A DNA stretch of 61,506 nucleotides, filler included, from Choristocarpus tenellus KU-1152 (GCA_964200185.2; 12 parts of 12 records of this genome joined end to end with filler, not necessarily neighbours in it), one strand, 5' to 3'. Counted from the whole stretch's first letter, positions 40,874 through 53,799 are shown. A program made the numbers and translations. The notes: a model not told the origin generated them from the sequence alone.

Positions 40874-41077
40874 TAATGTAGAACCTAAAACCTATCATTT
40901 TGGTTGGTATCCGACACAAGACCAGTTACCCATGCAAATCTCCTCCAATTTCACACGCATAAAAATTGTTCATAAAAATCGAAAACGGTGTTGTTCATCT
41001 TGGGTTCATCTCACCCTTAGAAGGCCACCAATGCAATTTGATTAGTTCCCTCCACTCCACTATATGAATTGTTATTA

Positions 41078-41286
41078 TCTTATTATGCTCTCAGACATTT
41101 TGTTGATATGTAAGTGGGGAAACCAATGAAAACTATACACACTGTCAGTATAAGCCCTAAAGAAATATAATGTCATAAATGTGAAAGGCACTAATATATT
41201 TGTTGCATCACCACTATGTTGTACTACTGCCTTCCTGTGTCTCCAATCTACCTATTATACCTGTGCCCTGGGGGAAGGAGCTAGGG
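41078..41286 (+). repeat. Dispersed repeat family B (~210 bp; core TATGCCCTCTGACATTTTGCAGATGTGTCAGGGGAAAACCAATGAAAACTAT; ends in CTAG)
   Basis: Related copies at ~1715-1790 (-), 2025-2052, 11475-11505, 11612-11806, 45932-46217 (-, core duplicated), 46860-46895 and 46955-47078. Confidence 0.85.
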
Positions 41287-42268
41287 AATTGTTGTTATTG
41301 TTATTGTTACTGCTATGATCATTTCTAAGTTATTTTATATTATTTTGTGTTATCATAATTATCCTTAATTTAGCAGTTATTACCATTATTATTATTTTTT
41401 TTTTGTGTTGATATTAAATATTACCATCGTTATTTTATCTTCATAAATGTCATCACAAGTAAACTTATTATCTGCTCACTTTAGTTTGGAAATTCTCCAC
41501 CTCCACCACTACCTCCATCCCTTATTCAGATTGTAGTGCACTCTGCACTATGTCAACCCTACGATCTACCTATTGCACTATGAATACAAGTAATTGCACT
41601 TCCCCACATCCATGCCTTGATTTCTTCTTGTGTGTTGGGTTCAGTTGTCCCACCACCACTCGTTTACCTTCTCCCTCCGGTTTGGAATGTGGTGGTAATC
41701 ATGCGAAAGGAACCTTCCCCATGAATCCAGATCTTCTACGTCCCTTTTGTGGTTTAGCACAAGAAAGGGTACAGGTGTAGCTCCCCATTTCACTTGGCAC
41801 GTGGTGTGTTGAGGTCAAATTTCCTGCAAAGAAAGTTTGAGGATCCTATGTGACTGGTGATACTTTCATTGTTTATAAAACACACCACCAAAGAAAGGTG
41901 TTGGAGGAGCAGGACATGTGAACAGCTAGGACTTCACGCCTTGTGAGTATCGTTGCATGGGTGCGATGTAAGACCTAAAGAGGCATTGTAGTGTTGTGAT
42001 TGTTGATGCCCACAGGATGTCTGCGCGGGGGAATAATACAGAATATCAGAATAGTGACCAAGCATTTTTGAAACTATTTCTAAACTCTTTAATGCGTTGA
42101 CAATATTGAGTAAACAATGGATTTAGAGGACGACAAGTTTCTTAAGAACTGGAATGTGTTAAGGTCCCTTAAAGTGGTCTTTTTGGAAAGATAACATTTG
42201 TGTGGAATTTATAGGACTGAGTTTTTTCGGAATAGTAACATATCGTTTTGTTAACAGTGTGGCATGTT

Positions 42269-42359
42269 CAGTGTTGGCAGTCGCCTCCTACGTCAACTTT
42301 GTCGTGTCATAACTTTTGATCACCAACAATTTTTTTAATGAAAATTCGTTTGCTGTAAT
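42269..42359 (+). repeat. ~90-bp transposon-end sequence starting CAGTGTTGGCAGTC; inverted partner at 46218-46306
   Basis: The reverse complement aligns with 46218-46306 with few mismatches; no TSD seen. Confidence 0.85.
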
Positions 42360-42599
42360 CGCATCAGCATGCTTAACACTATTTGATGGGTCTCGGTTGG
42401 TCAACTTACAGTAATCATGAGAAATACAGGACCATACTGAAATCAAGTAGTTCGTGCGCGCGGTTCGCGCGGGGGTGCCACGTGACGTGCGCCAACCGCG
42501 CATTCAAGGATGATTTTGACGCCAGAACATGGGTGTTGTTGTCTCTCCATTCACTTTCCATTATTTCCTGTTTATGCCATGTTGTCACCTGCTGACTAA

Positions 42600-42936
42600 G
42601 GCTCACTCATGGGGATCCAGGCCTCTGAACCAGACAATCCATGCCAAGTCAAATGAGGTATTCTGAAGGTGCAGACCTCCTGTGAGACTTTAATGTCTTG
42701 TACACCCTGTCCAATTTGGTGCACTCCATGCCTTTCTCGTTTGAATATATCAGGTAGTAAGCAATACTCATTCATCCTGAAGAACCTCTCCACAATTACT
42801 CTGGACAGCCCCCCTTCCTCCTTAAGGCTGACAGGAATGTTGGCTCTCATTCCAGGCAACGTGTAGTCACAGTGGCCTCGTACATAGTACTTCGCCCGCC
42901 CCCAGACCATCTCTATTGGGTTCAATTCACAGTGCC
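42600..42936 (-). mobile_element. IS630/Tc1/mariner-superfamily DDE transposase, C-terminal fragment
   Basis: HCELNPIEMVWGRAKYYVRGHCDYTLPGMRANIP...IVERFFR contains the LNPIExxW catalytic-Glu motif; 5'-truncated. Confidence 0.8.
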
Positions 42937-43030
42937 CTGTGAGGGGCAGGTGACAACTCGGAGCTCATTGTGGGTCACGGTGTCCTGTGAGGCACTTAAA
43001 CAATATTAAGCCAAGGTCCGCCCACGTACC

Positions 43031-43368
43031 GTTTGGCGGTTACCAAATCTTGATCTTTTTGAGAAGGTTACCCAACGAGTAAATCGACGATCAGCATATC
43101 AAATGAAAACTCTGGATCTAGGCTATCAATTTACGTAAAGGAATTATTTCGGGAAAATAGTTTTGGTTGTGATAATTCATTCCGAAACATTTCAAGGTTG
43201 TGCCGAAAACATTCGGTTATAAGTTAATTTTCCGAAAGAATTCCTTTCCAAAAATCAATAACTTAGATCAAGACCTTTCATTCGCTATGCTGATCATCGT
43301 TTAACTCGTTGGGCAACCTCCAAAAAAGAAATCAAGACTGGTCTGATCCTAGAGGTGACTGCCAACAC
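43031..43368. mobile_element. Foldback or MITE-like element with ~115-bp imperfect inverted arms
   Basis: 43042-43158 matches the reverse complement of 43226-43342 (e.g. GGTTACCCAACGAGTAAATCGACGATCAGCATA vs TATGCTGATCATCGTTTAACTCGTTGGGCAACC); it ends in GACTGCCAACAC. Confidence 0.85.
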
Positions 43369-43721
43369 TATACCCTAAGAAATCGGCAACTCAAGGATAG
43401 AAGCAGACATCAACATGATTGAAGTTATAGGGGTCTTCGTAAAAATTACATGGAGTCTAGAAATATCCCGACGGTCAAGGGAAAGATCCTCAAGGCTTTT
43501 TGACCACATGAAACATTAGCGAGCTATTCAGAAGGAAGCAGCTAAACAAGCCGCAGCAGATTCCCCTCCCCCCAACCCTGCCTCCATACAGTCTGTGATT
43601 GGTAAAAATCTCAGGTACATTGAAAAAATAAATTCTAAGGTCAGTGGACCGAAACCTTAACATAGGTACGTTTGGGAAGGCTAGGTCAACTATATTCCAC
43701 ACCTGCCTATAAAGTGTTTAA

Positions 43722-44080
43722 TGTGGAAATCATGTTTGTCTGTTATTATACCGTTATTGTCGTATGTCATATACCATTATACCGTGGTACCGATTAAGGT
43801 TCCCAGTCAAGAATCCGTGATTCCACGGAGAGACTTTCTTTCCGAATGTTACACATGGAAGATTCACTTTGTTCTCACGTCTTGACAGGTGATGATGAAG
43901 CCCCACCTTTGATGGTGCTCTTCACTCCTAAGTTTACGCTTGTCCAACCTTAACCTCGTACCGTCGGTCACGGTTTGTCCTTGTTCGTGTGGTCCGTCTT
44001 GCCCGGTGATTCTCTTCGCCACCCTTGCCTGAATGAACCACGCCGCCACAGAATCACACGATTCACATTGGCGACATCGC
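43722..44080 (+). mobile_element. LTR (TG...CA, 43722-44067) with a tRNA-Ser-type primer-binding site (TGGCGACA, 44069)
   Basis: Starts TGTGGAA and ends TTCACA, followed by T-TGGCGACATC; homologous at both ends to 60609-60993. Confidence 0.8.
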
Positions 44081-45646
44081 TGTCCTCAGAAATAGGGTGA
44101 CGGGGCATTTCTGTTTGACCGTGGAGGAAATAAGCCGAACTATAGATCGAGACGAAGATAATCGCTGTTGGTATGGTGAGTGGTGACTCAGAAGAGATTT
44201 GGTGCTGGAATGAGGAAGGTGGGTCGGGTGGAACTGGACGAATGCATATATAATTCAATATTCAGAGTTCGTCAGAAAAACACTTTCCAAAGTTAGAGGT
44301 GTTGGATTTTTTATGTTTGTCTACATGCCATTGACAGTCAACAAAATGTTGTGTTCCTATTGCAATAAAAGGTCGGAAATCAATACAATAATATTCTTTC
44401 CTATAAGATCACTTTTGAGGGACGAAGAGACCTGTTTGTTTCTGAAAGAACTCATCCACTATATTCATTGTTTACTCTATATTACCCATTTCAAAGAACA
44501 TTTTAATTAGTTACTAATATTTATAAAACGCTTGGTCACTACTCTCATATTCAGTATTTTTGACCTCATCATGCAGTTCACCTTGAACACGAAGGACAAA
44601 CACACCACCACAACGACTCGTTTGTGACCAAGCATTTCTTATAACCATTCCTAAACCCTTTGACATCTTTGATATAGAGAAAATAACGAATTTAGTAGAC
44701 GAAGAGGTTTTTAAGAACTGGCTCAGATCGTTTCGTTCCTGAATGTAGTCGTTTGGGAAAGAGATGATCATTGTGTTGATTTCTATAGGATTGAAATATT
44801 TTCGGAACAAGAATACAATATTTTGTTGACAGTTTGGCATCTGGAACAATCTTCATCACGTATACTCTAACCCACTACTCAATGCAAAAACAAAGTTGGG
44901 CACGTAATTATAATATAGTGCTACACATCAACCTTAAAATGAAAACAGAGTGCGTGGGCGCGCACGAAACGGCATGAGATAAGGCCTCTTTTCAACAAGA
45001 TGCGTGCCAGTGATAAAGGGAAAGTTTATGAAGTAATCCGCGTTTTGTGGGCGGAAGAATTCTGGTAGTAATAATGTAGATCAGGAAAGAGAGAGGACAT
45101 GAAAGAAATAGAAGTAGCAAGAGGGTGAATGAAGAGTTGAGCACTGAGTGGCTAAGAGAGGTAGGAGAGGGGTTAAAGAAGTGGGTGGTAGGTGGAGGCA
45201 AAAAGGTAAGAAGGAATGGTCAGTATTGAAAAGAAAACCTAGGGGTGGTGATACAGGACGAGGAGGGCTAGAACAAGACAATCTCCGAGCAAGCTTTCCC
45301 GAAGTTTTGCACACCAAGTACTTAAAGAAAGACAACCTCTAAGCAAACTTGCCCACCTGACCTTTAGCATGGCAGGAGGAGGAGAGAGAGTGATCGAAGA
45401 AAACAAGGCAATGTGGGAAGAGGCGAGGAGTTCTATGGGGCCAACAAACCCACATTGATTAAACATCCACAGATTGTAGACTACTTGGTGTATCGAGCAG
45501 TAGTGGGAGAGGACCTTGAAGTTTGGGCCAAACAAATTGCTACAGCAGCAGATATTATTGCCAACAAATATATCACCCGCCCACCCCCCGAAACATGGAT
45601 ACCACCCCACCCTCTTCCTCGCTTTACGAGTCTGGAGACTACATTA

Positions 45647-45821
45647 GGCTTAAAGTATCTGGGGGGGGTTGTGTCTGTCCATTTGGGGTCCATTTTTCCA
45701 TGATGTGAAAATTTTGGGCTATTTAGTTGCATGAGTCGGATGGATAATATAAGTGCACTTCTCCTGGTCAGGGCCCGAATGGAGACCCTAGTGTAGACCT
45801 CCCCCCCAGAGACTTTGAGTC
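45647..45821 (-). mobile_element. MITE family A, full copy with TTA target-site duplication
   Basis: TTA|GGCTTAAAGTATCTGGGGGGG ... CCCCCCCAGAGACTTTGAGTC|TTA. Confidence 0.9.
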
Positions 45822-46954
45822 TTAAGCACGACAAAGTTGATGCAGGAGGCGACTGCCAACTCTGTAAGGTTGTAGTATAACATTGACATTTACCCAACCA
45901 TAACTGTGACTGTAATCGTGGACCAACACTGCCTAGCTCATTTAGGGGCACAGGAGTAGGTAGATTGGATACACAGGAGGGCAGTAGTACAATGTAGATA
46001 GTGGTGAAGTAACAAACGGATTAGGGTTTTCCACATTTATGACATTTTATTTCTTAAGAGCTTATAAAGCCAATATGTACATATATATATAGTTTTCATT
46101 GGTTTCCCCCTGACACATCTGCAAAATGTCAGAGGGCATAATAATATAATAATATATATAGAGTTTCATTGGCTTTTCCCCTGACACATCTGTGAAATGT
46201 CAGAGCATTATAATAATATTACAGCAAACGAATTTTCATGAAAAAATTGTTGGTGATCAAAGTTATGGCTCGACAAAGTTGATGCAGGAGACGACTGCCA
46301 ACACCGTGTAGGGTTGTATTATAACGTTGACACTTCCCCAACGGTAATAGTGATTGTAATCGTGGACCAACACTGGTAAAAACTGTGTGGTTGAAATAAC
46401 TGTAGTATGTCTTTCGTTTGAAAAAGTATCGTTAAACAACGAGTTTCTGTATAAACAACCTTGATATAAAAGACGCAGACTTTTGAATTTTCAGAACAAA
46501 AGAAAAACATAAATGGTTTTCTTTCAGCTCGTCCTTTGGTCCACATCATAATAATCATTGGAATTAAGTCTGCGGTGGTTCTATATTTGAGGAAGAACTC
46601 CAAATTGAAAATAAAAAATAAATGACGAAATAAAAAATGATGGTAATGTCAGGGACAGGTTCCTTTTTGGGGATCTCCGACACACACACTTGTGCATTAG
46701 ACGCGCGGTCATATACAATTGCACGCGCTAACCACGTCATTTGAGCTCACTCATACCGACCAGTCCAATAAACCAACCACACCCATACGATCTGGATTTG
46801 ATCAAACAGCCAAAATGGACTGTCAGAACGAAGAGACATTCCGATTCTGACGATTATTGTATATGTGTCAGGGGAAAACCAATGAAAACTATATACCTAT
46901 GTGTATATAAAATGTCCTCAACATAAGAATACTATAAGACAATGCAATGAATTG

Positions 46955-47078
46955 TATTATTATGCCCTCTAACATTATTTGGCAGATGTGTCAGGGGGGA
47001 AACCAATGAAAACTATATATATAGTTTCATTGGTTTTCCCCTGACACATCTGCAAAATGTCAGAGGGCATAATAATAT
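46955..47078. repeat. ~120-bp near-perfect palindrome made of two head-to-head family-B cores
   Basis: TATTATTATGCCCTCTAACATT..GCAGATGTGTCAGGGG..AACCAATGAAAACTATATAT|ATAGTTTCATTGGTTTTCCCCTGACACATCTGCAAAATGTCAGAGGGCATAATAATA. Confidence 0.92.
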
Positions 47079-48078
47079 AATAAAATATATATGCATGTCG
47101 TTATTAGCCCGTCATTAGTCAGTAATCAGTTACTTCACTCACTATTCTGACCGATCCATTTCTCTGCTGTGACGTTGCTCAGTCATTCGGGAACATCTAT
47201 TGTTTCTTGAGATTATTGTTCTGTACTGGATTTCAATGCCCCTTCAGCAGAGAACTTGGCACCTTTGACACTTCCACAGTAACCATGTTTTGTAAAATCT
47301 GAATAAAACACGAAAATAGAAACAATTATTTTTGTTGTTTGGAGATGTTCACTATGAATTGGCTATCATCATCTCTAATATGTGTCGAAAAATCAGATGC
47401 CAACACAAAACCATCCAGTAAAGTAGGTTGAGCATAGAGGATCGGTGTTTTGGTTTTTAATAAGATATGGATCAACCAAGTAATGTACGTTGGTGTACAT
47501 TTATCGAGAAGGAATTAATTGGGTTAATAGGGTTGAATGTTGGTGAATGAGGTTCAAGTTATGGTCAGAGGATTATTTGATCGAGTTCAGGTATGTATCC
47601 GTTGACAGTTTAAAATCGAAAATACACTACTGTAATAATAGTGTGCAGATTATGCTGGCTAGTATGATGGCATTCCAGTTTGACAGAGAAGACCAAACTA
47701 AGACCACTAAATAAGTTTTCTCTGTACAAAAATAGGACAATAGTGATGTGTACCCTATTTTGTGTGTGTGAGATTATTGCGTTGGATTGAGTCGATGTGG
47801 TGTAACTAACGAGATACTACATCTATCTGGATTGTGTATGGGGTTTGGTATTGCAATTAAAATTCTCTGGAATAACATTGCCTTACATCTGAGGCACAAG
47901 CAATAATATAATAAAATCATCAAGAAGACACCCCACAAGGTCACTCTTCTTTTCAACCATGTAAAAATATTCAGCAATGGAGAATCATGTGAGGTTCCAT
48001 ACCTTCTTGTCTTCACAACTGATCAAATAATAGCCATACCTTCCGAGGTTAATTGCACAGTAGTACCCACAGCGCAAA

Positions 48079-48251
48079 GACCAAAAGTATCTGGGGGGAG
48101 GGGGGAAGTCTACACCAGGGTGTTCATTTCGTTCATAATATCCAGGAAAAGTGCACTTACATTATCCATCCGACGTATGCAACCAAATAACCCAAAAATC
48201 ACGACATGAAAAAATTGACCCCAAATGGACAGTCGACGCCCCCCCCCCAGA
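48079..48251 (+). mobile_element. MITE family A copy at a contig end; further fragments at 6703-6725, ~37605-37643, 48352-48393, 54312-54332, 54433-54451, 57180-57256 and 61484-61506
   Basis: Same TIR (GACCCAAAGTATCTGGGGG) and internal sequence as the other copies. Confidence 0.9.
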
Positions 48252-51200
48252 NNNNNNNNNNNNNNNNNNNNNNNNNNNNNNNNNNNNNNNNNNNNTTAAT
48301 TAATTAANNNNNNNNNNNNNNNNNNNNNNNNNNNNNNNNNNNNNNNNNNNNAATGGACAGCTGCCACCCCCCCCCCCCCAGACACTTTGAGCCAATGCCG
48401 TTATGCTGAACCTCTGATTTCTTTGTTGATGGATATCAGAAATCGGGAATATCCTGGATTATTAGTCAACCGCCCACACAGAAAAGTGATCTCTCGTTTT
48501 GAAACTCTTACTACTGCTATTTGATCCAGCCAAAGGGAACCTGGCTTGAAGCGAGTGAGCTACTATTTTTCATTTTATTATCCTCAGACAAAACGAAGTA
48601 TGTCTACGAACCTTGCTAATCGAATGGTTTTAAGAAATGCAGAATGAACATGGACAAATCTCCCTCTTCCCCGTCATCCTCAAATCATACATCCATGGAC
48701 TATTAATAATATTATTGCTTGAGTTTAAAAGATTTAAGTGTTACTAAGGACGGAAAAAGAACACAAGGAGAGATGGTCACGACAAATGGACATCAGTATC
48801 ACCACATATTACAAGTGCACTTAGCCTCCTCCTTTAGCGCATGTGACTGTTTCGAGTGTATGTTTGTGCCCACGCATTATTATGTATCATTGACCTTAAC
48901 ACAGCCTGCTCTGTTCGTACGAAAAATCTTTGACTCGTTTGTGATTACTTACGAAGAGTCAAACCAATTGAAAGGCAGGCAGGTTTGGACTCTCTTGTAT
49001 TCTAAGCCACATTTCACACCTTGTGCAATACACTCTATTTCATTGCTTCATGTGCTCATTAGTGTACGTAAGATTGATATGCACCTTTCCTGACACAAAG
49101 TGATGGGTAAAGGCTCTTCTGCAGTGGTACATAATATTATATTTTCGTGCTTTCTCGTGATCCTTGAAATGCAACCCTGCCAACCTCTCAGTTGGTTTGA
49201 CTCCAAATATATACCTTCTTTTATAGGAAGGCGGAGAAGTCAACATGATGTGGAAACAACACAATAAACATAATTAAGTGTAACACATATAATTACACCT
49301 CGCAACATCATTGGAAAACATAATACATGATTATTATCGATGATTAGTACCTACCTGATCATCAGGATAGACATTAACGGTCAAGGTCGAGGTTATTGAG
49401 AGAGGTTGGCAGGTTCGGACCCCTTTGCATTCTAAAGTCATCCTTCTTACTCTGTGCACAATCGTGTACGCAAAAATGATGTTCCCCCTTTCCACATACA
49501 AAGTGATACCCCAACCAAGCAAAGGTTCTTTCTGGAATTGTACAAAACGATGACGTATTTTTCGCTGTTCTCAGGATCCTTAAAATGCATCCCTGCCCAC
49601 CTCTCAATTAATTTGCCTCATTGTTATGTGCAGTACACCCCGATACTACCAATGGGGAGCGGTCAGCATAGTAGCATCAATGCATCAAGTTCTAACAGTG
49701 TCTGACAGCACAGATGATGGGATCAGCATAGCAGTAGTCTGCCAATATGCAAGGTAGTCTTAGATTGATCGTGTATGTTTGATCAGCACATCATCAATCA
49801 ACCCTTAGCTATGTGTCTCACAAGCTGTAGAAAGTTCAGCAAGGGTTAGCAAATACCGCAGCTACTATTACTACTATTCCAATCAATGAATGGTTGACCC
49901 ATGCATAACAAAGTTCCTTCCAACACAATGGATAGTGTATGATGTAAATGCTCCTTTGACTGCTTCTGCACTTCACTCCATCCCCTTCTCTCCAACTTAT
50001 TATCATGTGCACGATTACTGCCTCAAAATGCTTGTTGTGCGCATACAAACCCATGCCATACATGCATGGTATTATTGGGACATAATAGCTTGAACACAAC
50101 ACAATAAAAAATAAACTGCCACTAGTTTACCTTATTTTCTAGGTCCTGCAGCTGCTTCCAAAAGTAAATGTCACCATTTTTTTTAACATGTCATAATAAT
50201 AATGACCAATCATACGGGTGGTTTACCACCAAGTAGCTTGCTTCCATCTTTCCTTCTGCTCTGCATTTTTTTGGGCTACAATAGCAATTGCATTATTCTT
50301 ATTTATAATATAAAAAATAATCAAGCCCCCCCCCCCCCCCCCCCCCCCCCCGCCCCCTCCCCCCACCCTCTCTCTCCCCCTCTCGCCTCTTCCATCTCTC
50401 CCCTCCTACTTCNNNNNNNNNNCCCCCCCTGCCTTCCTGGTGCATCCATCGCTTCCTATTCCGACTGCCTTCAATTCTCCGCCATTCACATCGTTTCTAT
50501 CTCCTTCGCGTCTACTTTTTTTAGTGTATTATTTGAGAAGGTGACAAGAAAAATCACTAAAGATCCAAAAGAAAAAACAACCGCAAGGGACAAATAACTA
50601 ACCAACCAACCAATCTTCTTCCTCTCCCTCCTAGTCAGCAAAGTAACAACCACCTCTCTTTGGGGCACTACAAACGGGATACATAACAATAAGATTTCCT
50701 AGAATTTGTGAACTTTGCTTCAGCAGTAGCTAACCACAGCACAACAAAAAACCCATAATGGTTGCTCTACCTCTCTCAAAAATCTTACACACAAAGCCTG
50801 GTCTGCCACTACCTTGCTGGTCGTGGCTGTCTGCCTTGTATGCCCACCCCTTATCACATGCTCTTCCTGCCCACTTCCCAGCCCCATCACTCAATCCTCA
50901 CTAATGGAACGAACCAGGACGCACACAAAAACACACCCACACTATAGTATAGCACCATGCTATATTGATTCTCTCCATCACTGACCAACCCCAGCATCTT
51001 CCAAGATTGTTTCCATGGGTGAAATCACAGCAACAATTGAGGCAGGGAGGTTAGGGAGCACAAGTCATGAACATCCCCCCTACCCCCATCCACTCACTCA
51101 TCACCCACCAACCTCACTATGCAACTTCCACCTAACCTTCCCCACTTGCCATACAAGTGTCGGTCTTGTCTCATACTTTGTCCCCTCATCTCATTTTACT

Positions 51201-52749
51201 CTGCAGTATCACTGGTAAGGGGTAAGCAAAACACAGTATTACTAGCACCAATTGTACTGCACAACACAACACTTGCCAACAAACCTCCAACTAAGGCAGC
51301 TCAGAGAGGCAACAATGAACACATCACATCACCCCCCTCCCCCATGGCCCTCAATGATGACCTCCACAACCCTCTCTTGTCCACCCAACCATCCACACAC
51401 CTGTCCCCAGGGGCAAAGCCAGCCTAGCGCACTCCAAGCACACAACCGATCTGCCTAGTCAACACCATTTTTTGGTCGCAGGGGTGTGAGGGAAGGGGGC
51501 ATCCTCCAGTCTTAAAGGATGCAATCCCTCACCNNNNNNNNNNNNNNNNNNNNNNNNNNNNNNNNNNNNNNNNNNNNTTAATTAATTAANNNNNNNNNNN
51601 NNNNNNNNNNNNNNNNNNNNNNNNNNNNNNNNNCACCATGATTCCTCTTCCTTCGTAGTCTATGTATCATATACAATGCATTCGATTCAGGTTTCAACAG
51701 TTATCACTCAAGGTCACTAGGGAATGTATCATGGCTTGTCTGGTTACATACTCCAATCTGAATTTGCAGCTCCACTGGTGATACCCATGTGTGCCCGAGC
51801 ATCTGTTGCCAACATACACCTCTTAGGAAAAGTCATTTTACATCCTTGTCCTCCGGCCTTCATATCTATTTTTACCACTATCTGCACACAAAGGGATAAC
51901 AGATATTTAAGCCCTCGCTCTACTGGGGACAAATTTGAGTGTCCTCTATTCCCACTATTGTGTAGAGGGGGATAGGAACTGTATGTTTCGTTCTCTGGCA
52001 CATGCGCTGTGGGGTTGTGACAAATAACATGCTCACCTCAGGTTGTTCGTCCTCATGACAAGTGATACAAAACGCTCCATAGCTTGCCTCCACGGAAAAT
52101 GTAGGTCCAGTCCACAAGGTTATATACGGTGCTGATGCATGTACAGGACGCCTGAGTTAAACCGATAGCCTGATGACCAGCGAGGATGGTAGATAACAAG
52201 TCAGCAGATGAAGGTATAGTTCTTCCAGAACGAGTGTACGACAAACAAAAATCGAGGACTGAGCTGAGAGGGCAACCTCAGTCCATCAATTTTGTTATTT
52301 TCGAGTTTTCAGACGAGGTATTACATTTGAAAACCTTCGCTTTATCGTAAGTTACAGATTTTACACCGTAACTATAGCGAATCACTGCTCCATTTGGAAG
52401 ATCCGAGCCCACGCACACTGCTCGCACCGGATAGAACGCGAGAAGAAATATCTGCTCTACTCACCTGTAACACAAGCAGTGTAGCCAATAGGACAGATCT
52501 TCTGGGTGAAGGCAGCTATCTCAGTCATTCAATGCCGTATTACCCCCAGAGCCTCTTGCAACAGTACATTATTTCCGACATGGAGGGTGATAATATTGTG
52601 ATTTTTTTCCCCTCAAGGAGATGGCATGTGCATGCCCTTAGGGTGTGTAAGATAAAAAAACTTGTTGTGACTGACCTGATAAGCGAGACCTTAGGTTTAC
52701 CTCTGTGTGACACCCCTGCACCCACTTGACATGCTGAGCTGGAGAAGGG

Positions 52750-53100
52750 TGGGGGGTTTTGGGAGCACAGCAAAGGATTCATTCCGCACGCAAGGTAGTT
52801 ACGGACATGTAGTGCCGAGAGATATACCTTCGAGGATGAGGTGGTTATCATCATGCTGATACCATACACTTCGTAGGCTTCATTAGCATAATCACTTCGT
52901 GTGCCTCAATGGTAGAAATGGTCAGACATAGTTTCCAGTTGATGCCTTCACAGGGAGTGGGAACTCAGAGGCACGCATACAGGAAATTGTAGTTGTAGAA
53001 ATCGTCCGTGTAGGTTGCCAGTACATATTACTTGCGTTTTATTTTTTTTGCCTGGCCTGTGAAGCCTGGCCTGTGAAGCGCCTGGTCTGTCGAGGCATTG
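52750..53100 (-). mobile_element. Degenerate reverse-transcriptase relic, possibly DIRS/Ngaro-like
   Basis: VLATYTDDF (YxDD) at ~52998-53024, followed by VYGISMMITTSSSKVYLS; the rest is decayed. Confidence 0.35.
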
Positions 53101-53799
53101 TGTCCTTAATCAAGCCTTCTTTTAGGTGGCAAGGCGGGGTCTAAGTGTGTGCAAAACAGAACATGGGTACTAGCTCAAACCTCTACCTTACATTTCAGGG
53201 TGGGGATGAACTGAGTCTGGTGACAATGGGAGTGGTTCCAGGTAGATATACTTTGAAACTACCTGTAGCATTGGACACGGACGGCAAGGTGTAGTGATGG
53301 GTCGAGGGCTTCGATGTTGGAACCATCTGCGACAATGGGCATGGGGGAAGAGGTGCTGTAGGATGACTGACTTGGGCCATAATGGACCCCTGGAGTATTT
53401 CAGAGCCAGACCGGTACTAGGAGCAAGCACGATCCCACTGAATAGTTTTCTCTATGTACCGTGCGTGCAAGATAGGCGATGAAATTGAGCATGGTGACAG
53501 TGAGAGTGGCAGCGACCACGGCAGCAGGTTTGTAAGCAGGAATGTACTAACTCTGGCGAACGAAAACTGTATCCCGATATATCCCAATATATCCCGATCA
53601 AAGAATGGCAAAAACACGGGGGAATAACTCCGATGCAATTTTGATGGTCAGAACCTCAAAAAGGTACAAAAATGAAGTGGCTGGCTGAACTCCCCGCAAA
53701 CCACTGATGGGGGATAGGCCCCTGTCAATTTATGGTGCGTGTGACCATACCGAAAAAAAAGACAAGATTTACGGACATCCTTTTAACGCCTTTGCAGAC

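Noticed and set aside
44514-44849. AT-rich 111-aa ORF as a possible viral insert
   Set aside because: No viral motif is recognisable and the length is compatible with chance.
50760-51450. Tyrosine-recombinase-like (Crypton/DIRS) remnants
   Set aside because: Only scattered short resemblances in different frames; insufficient support.
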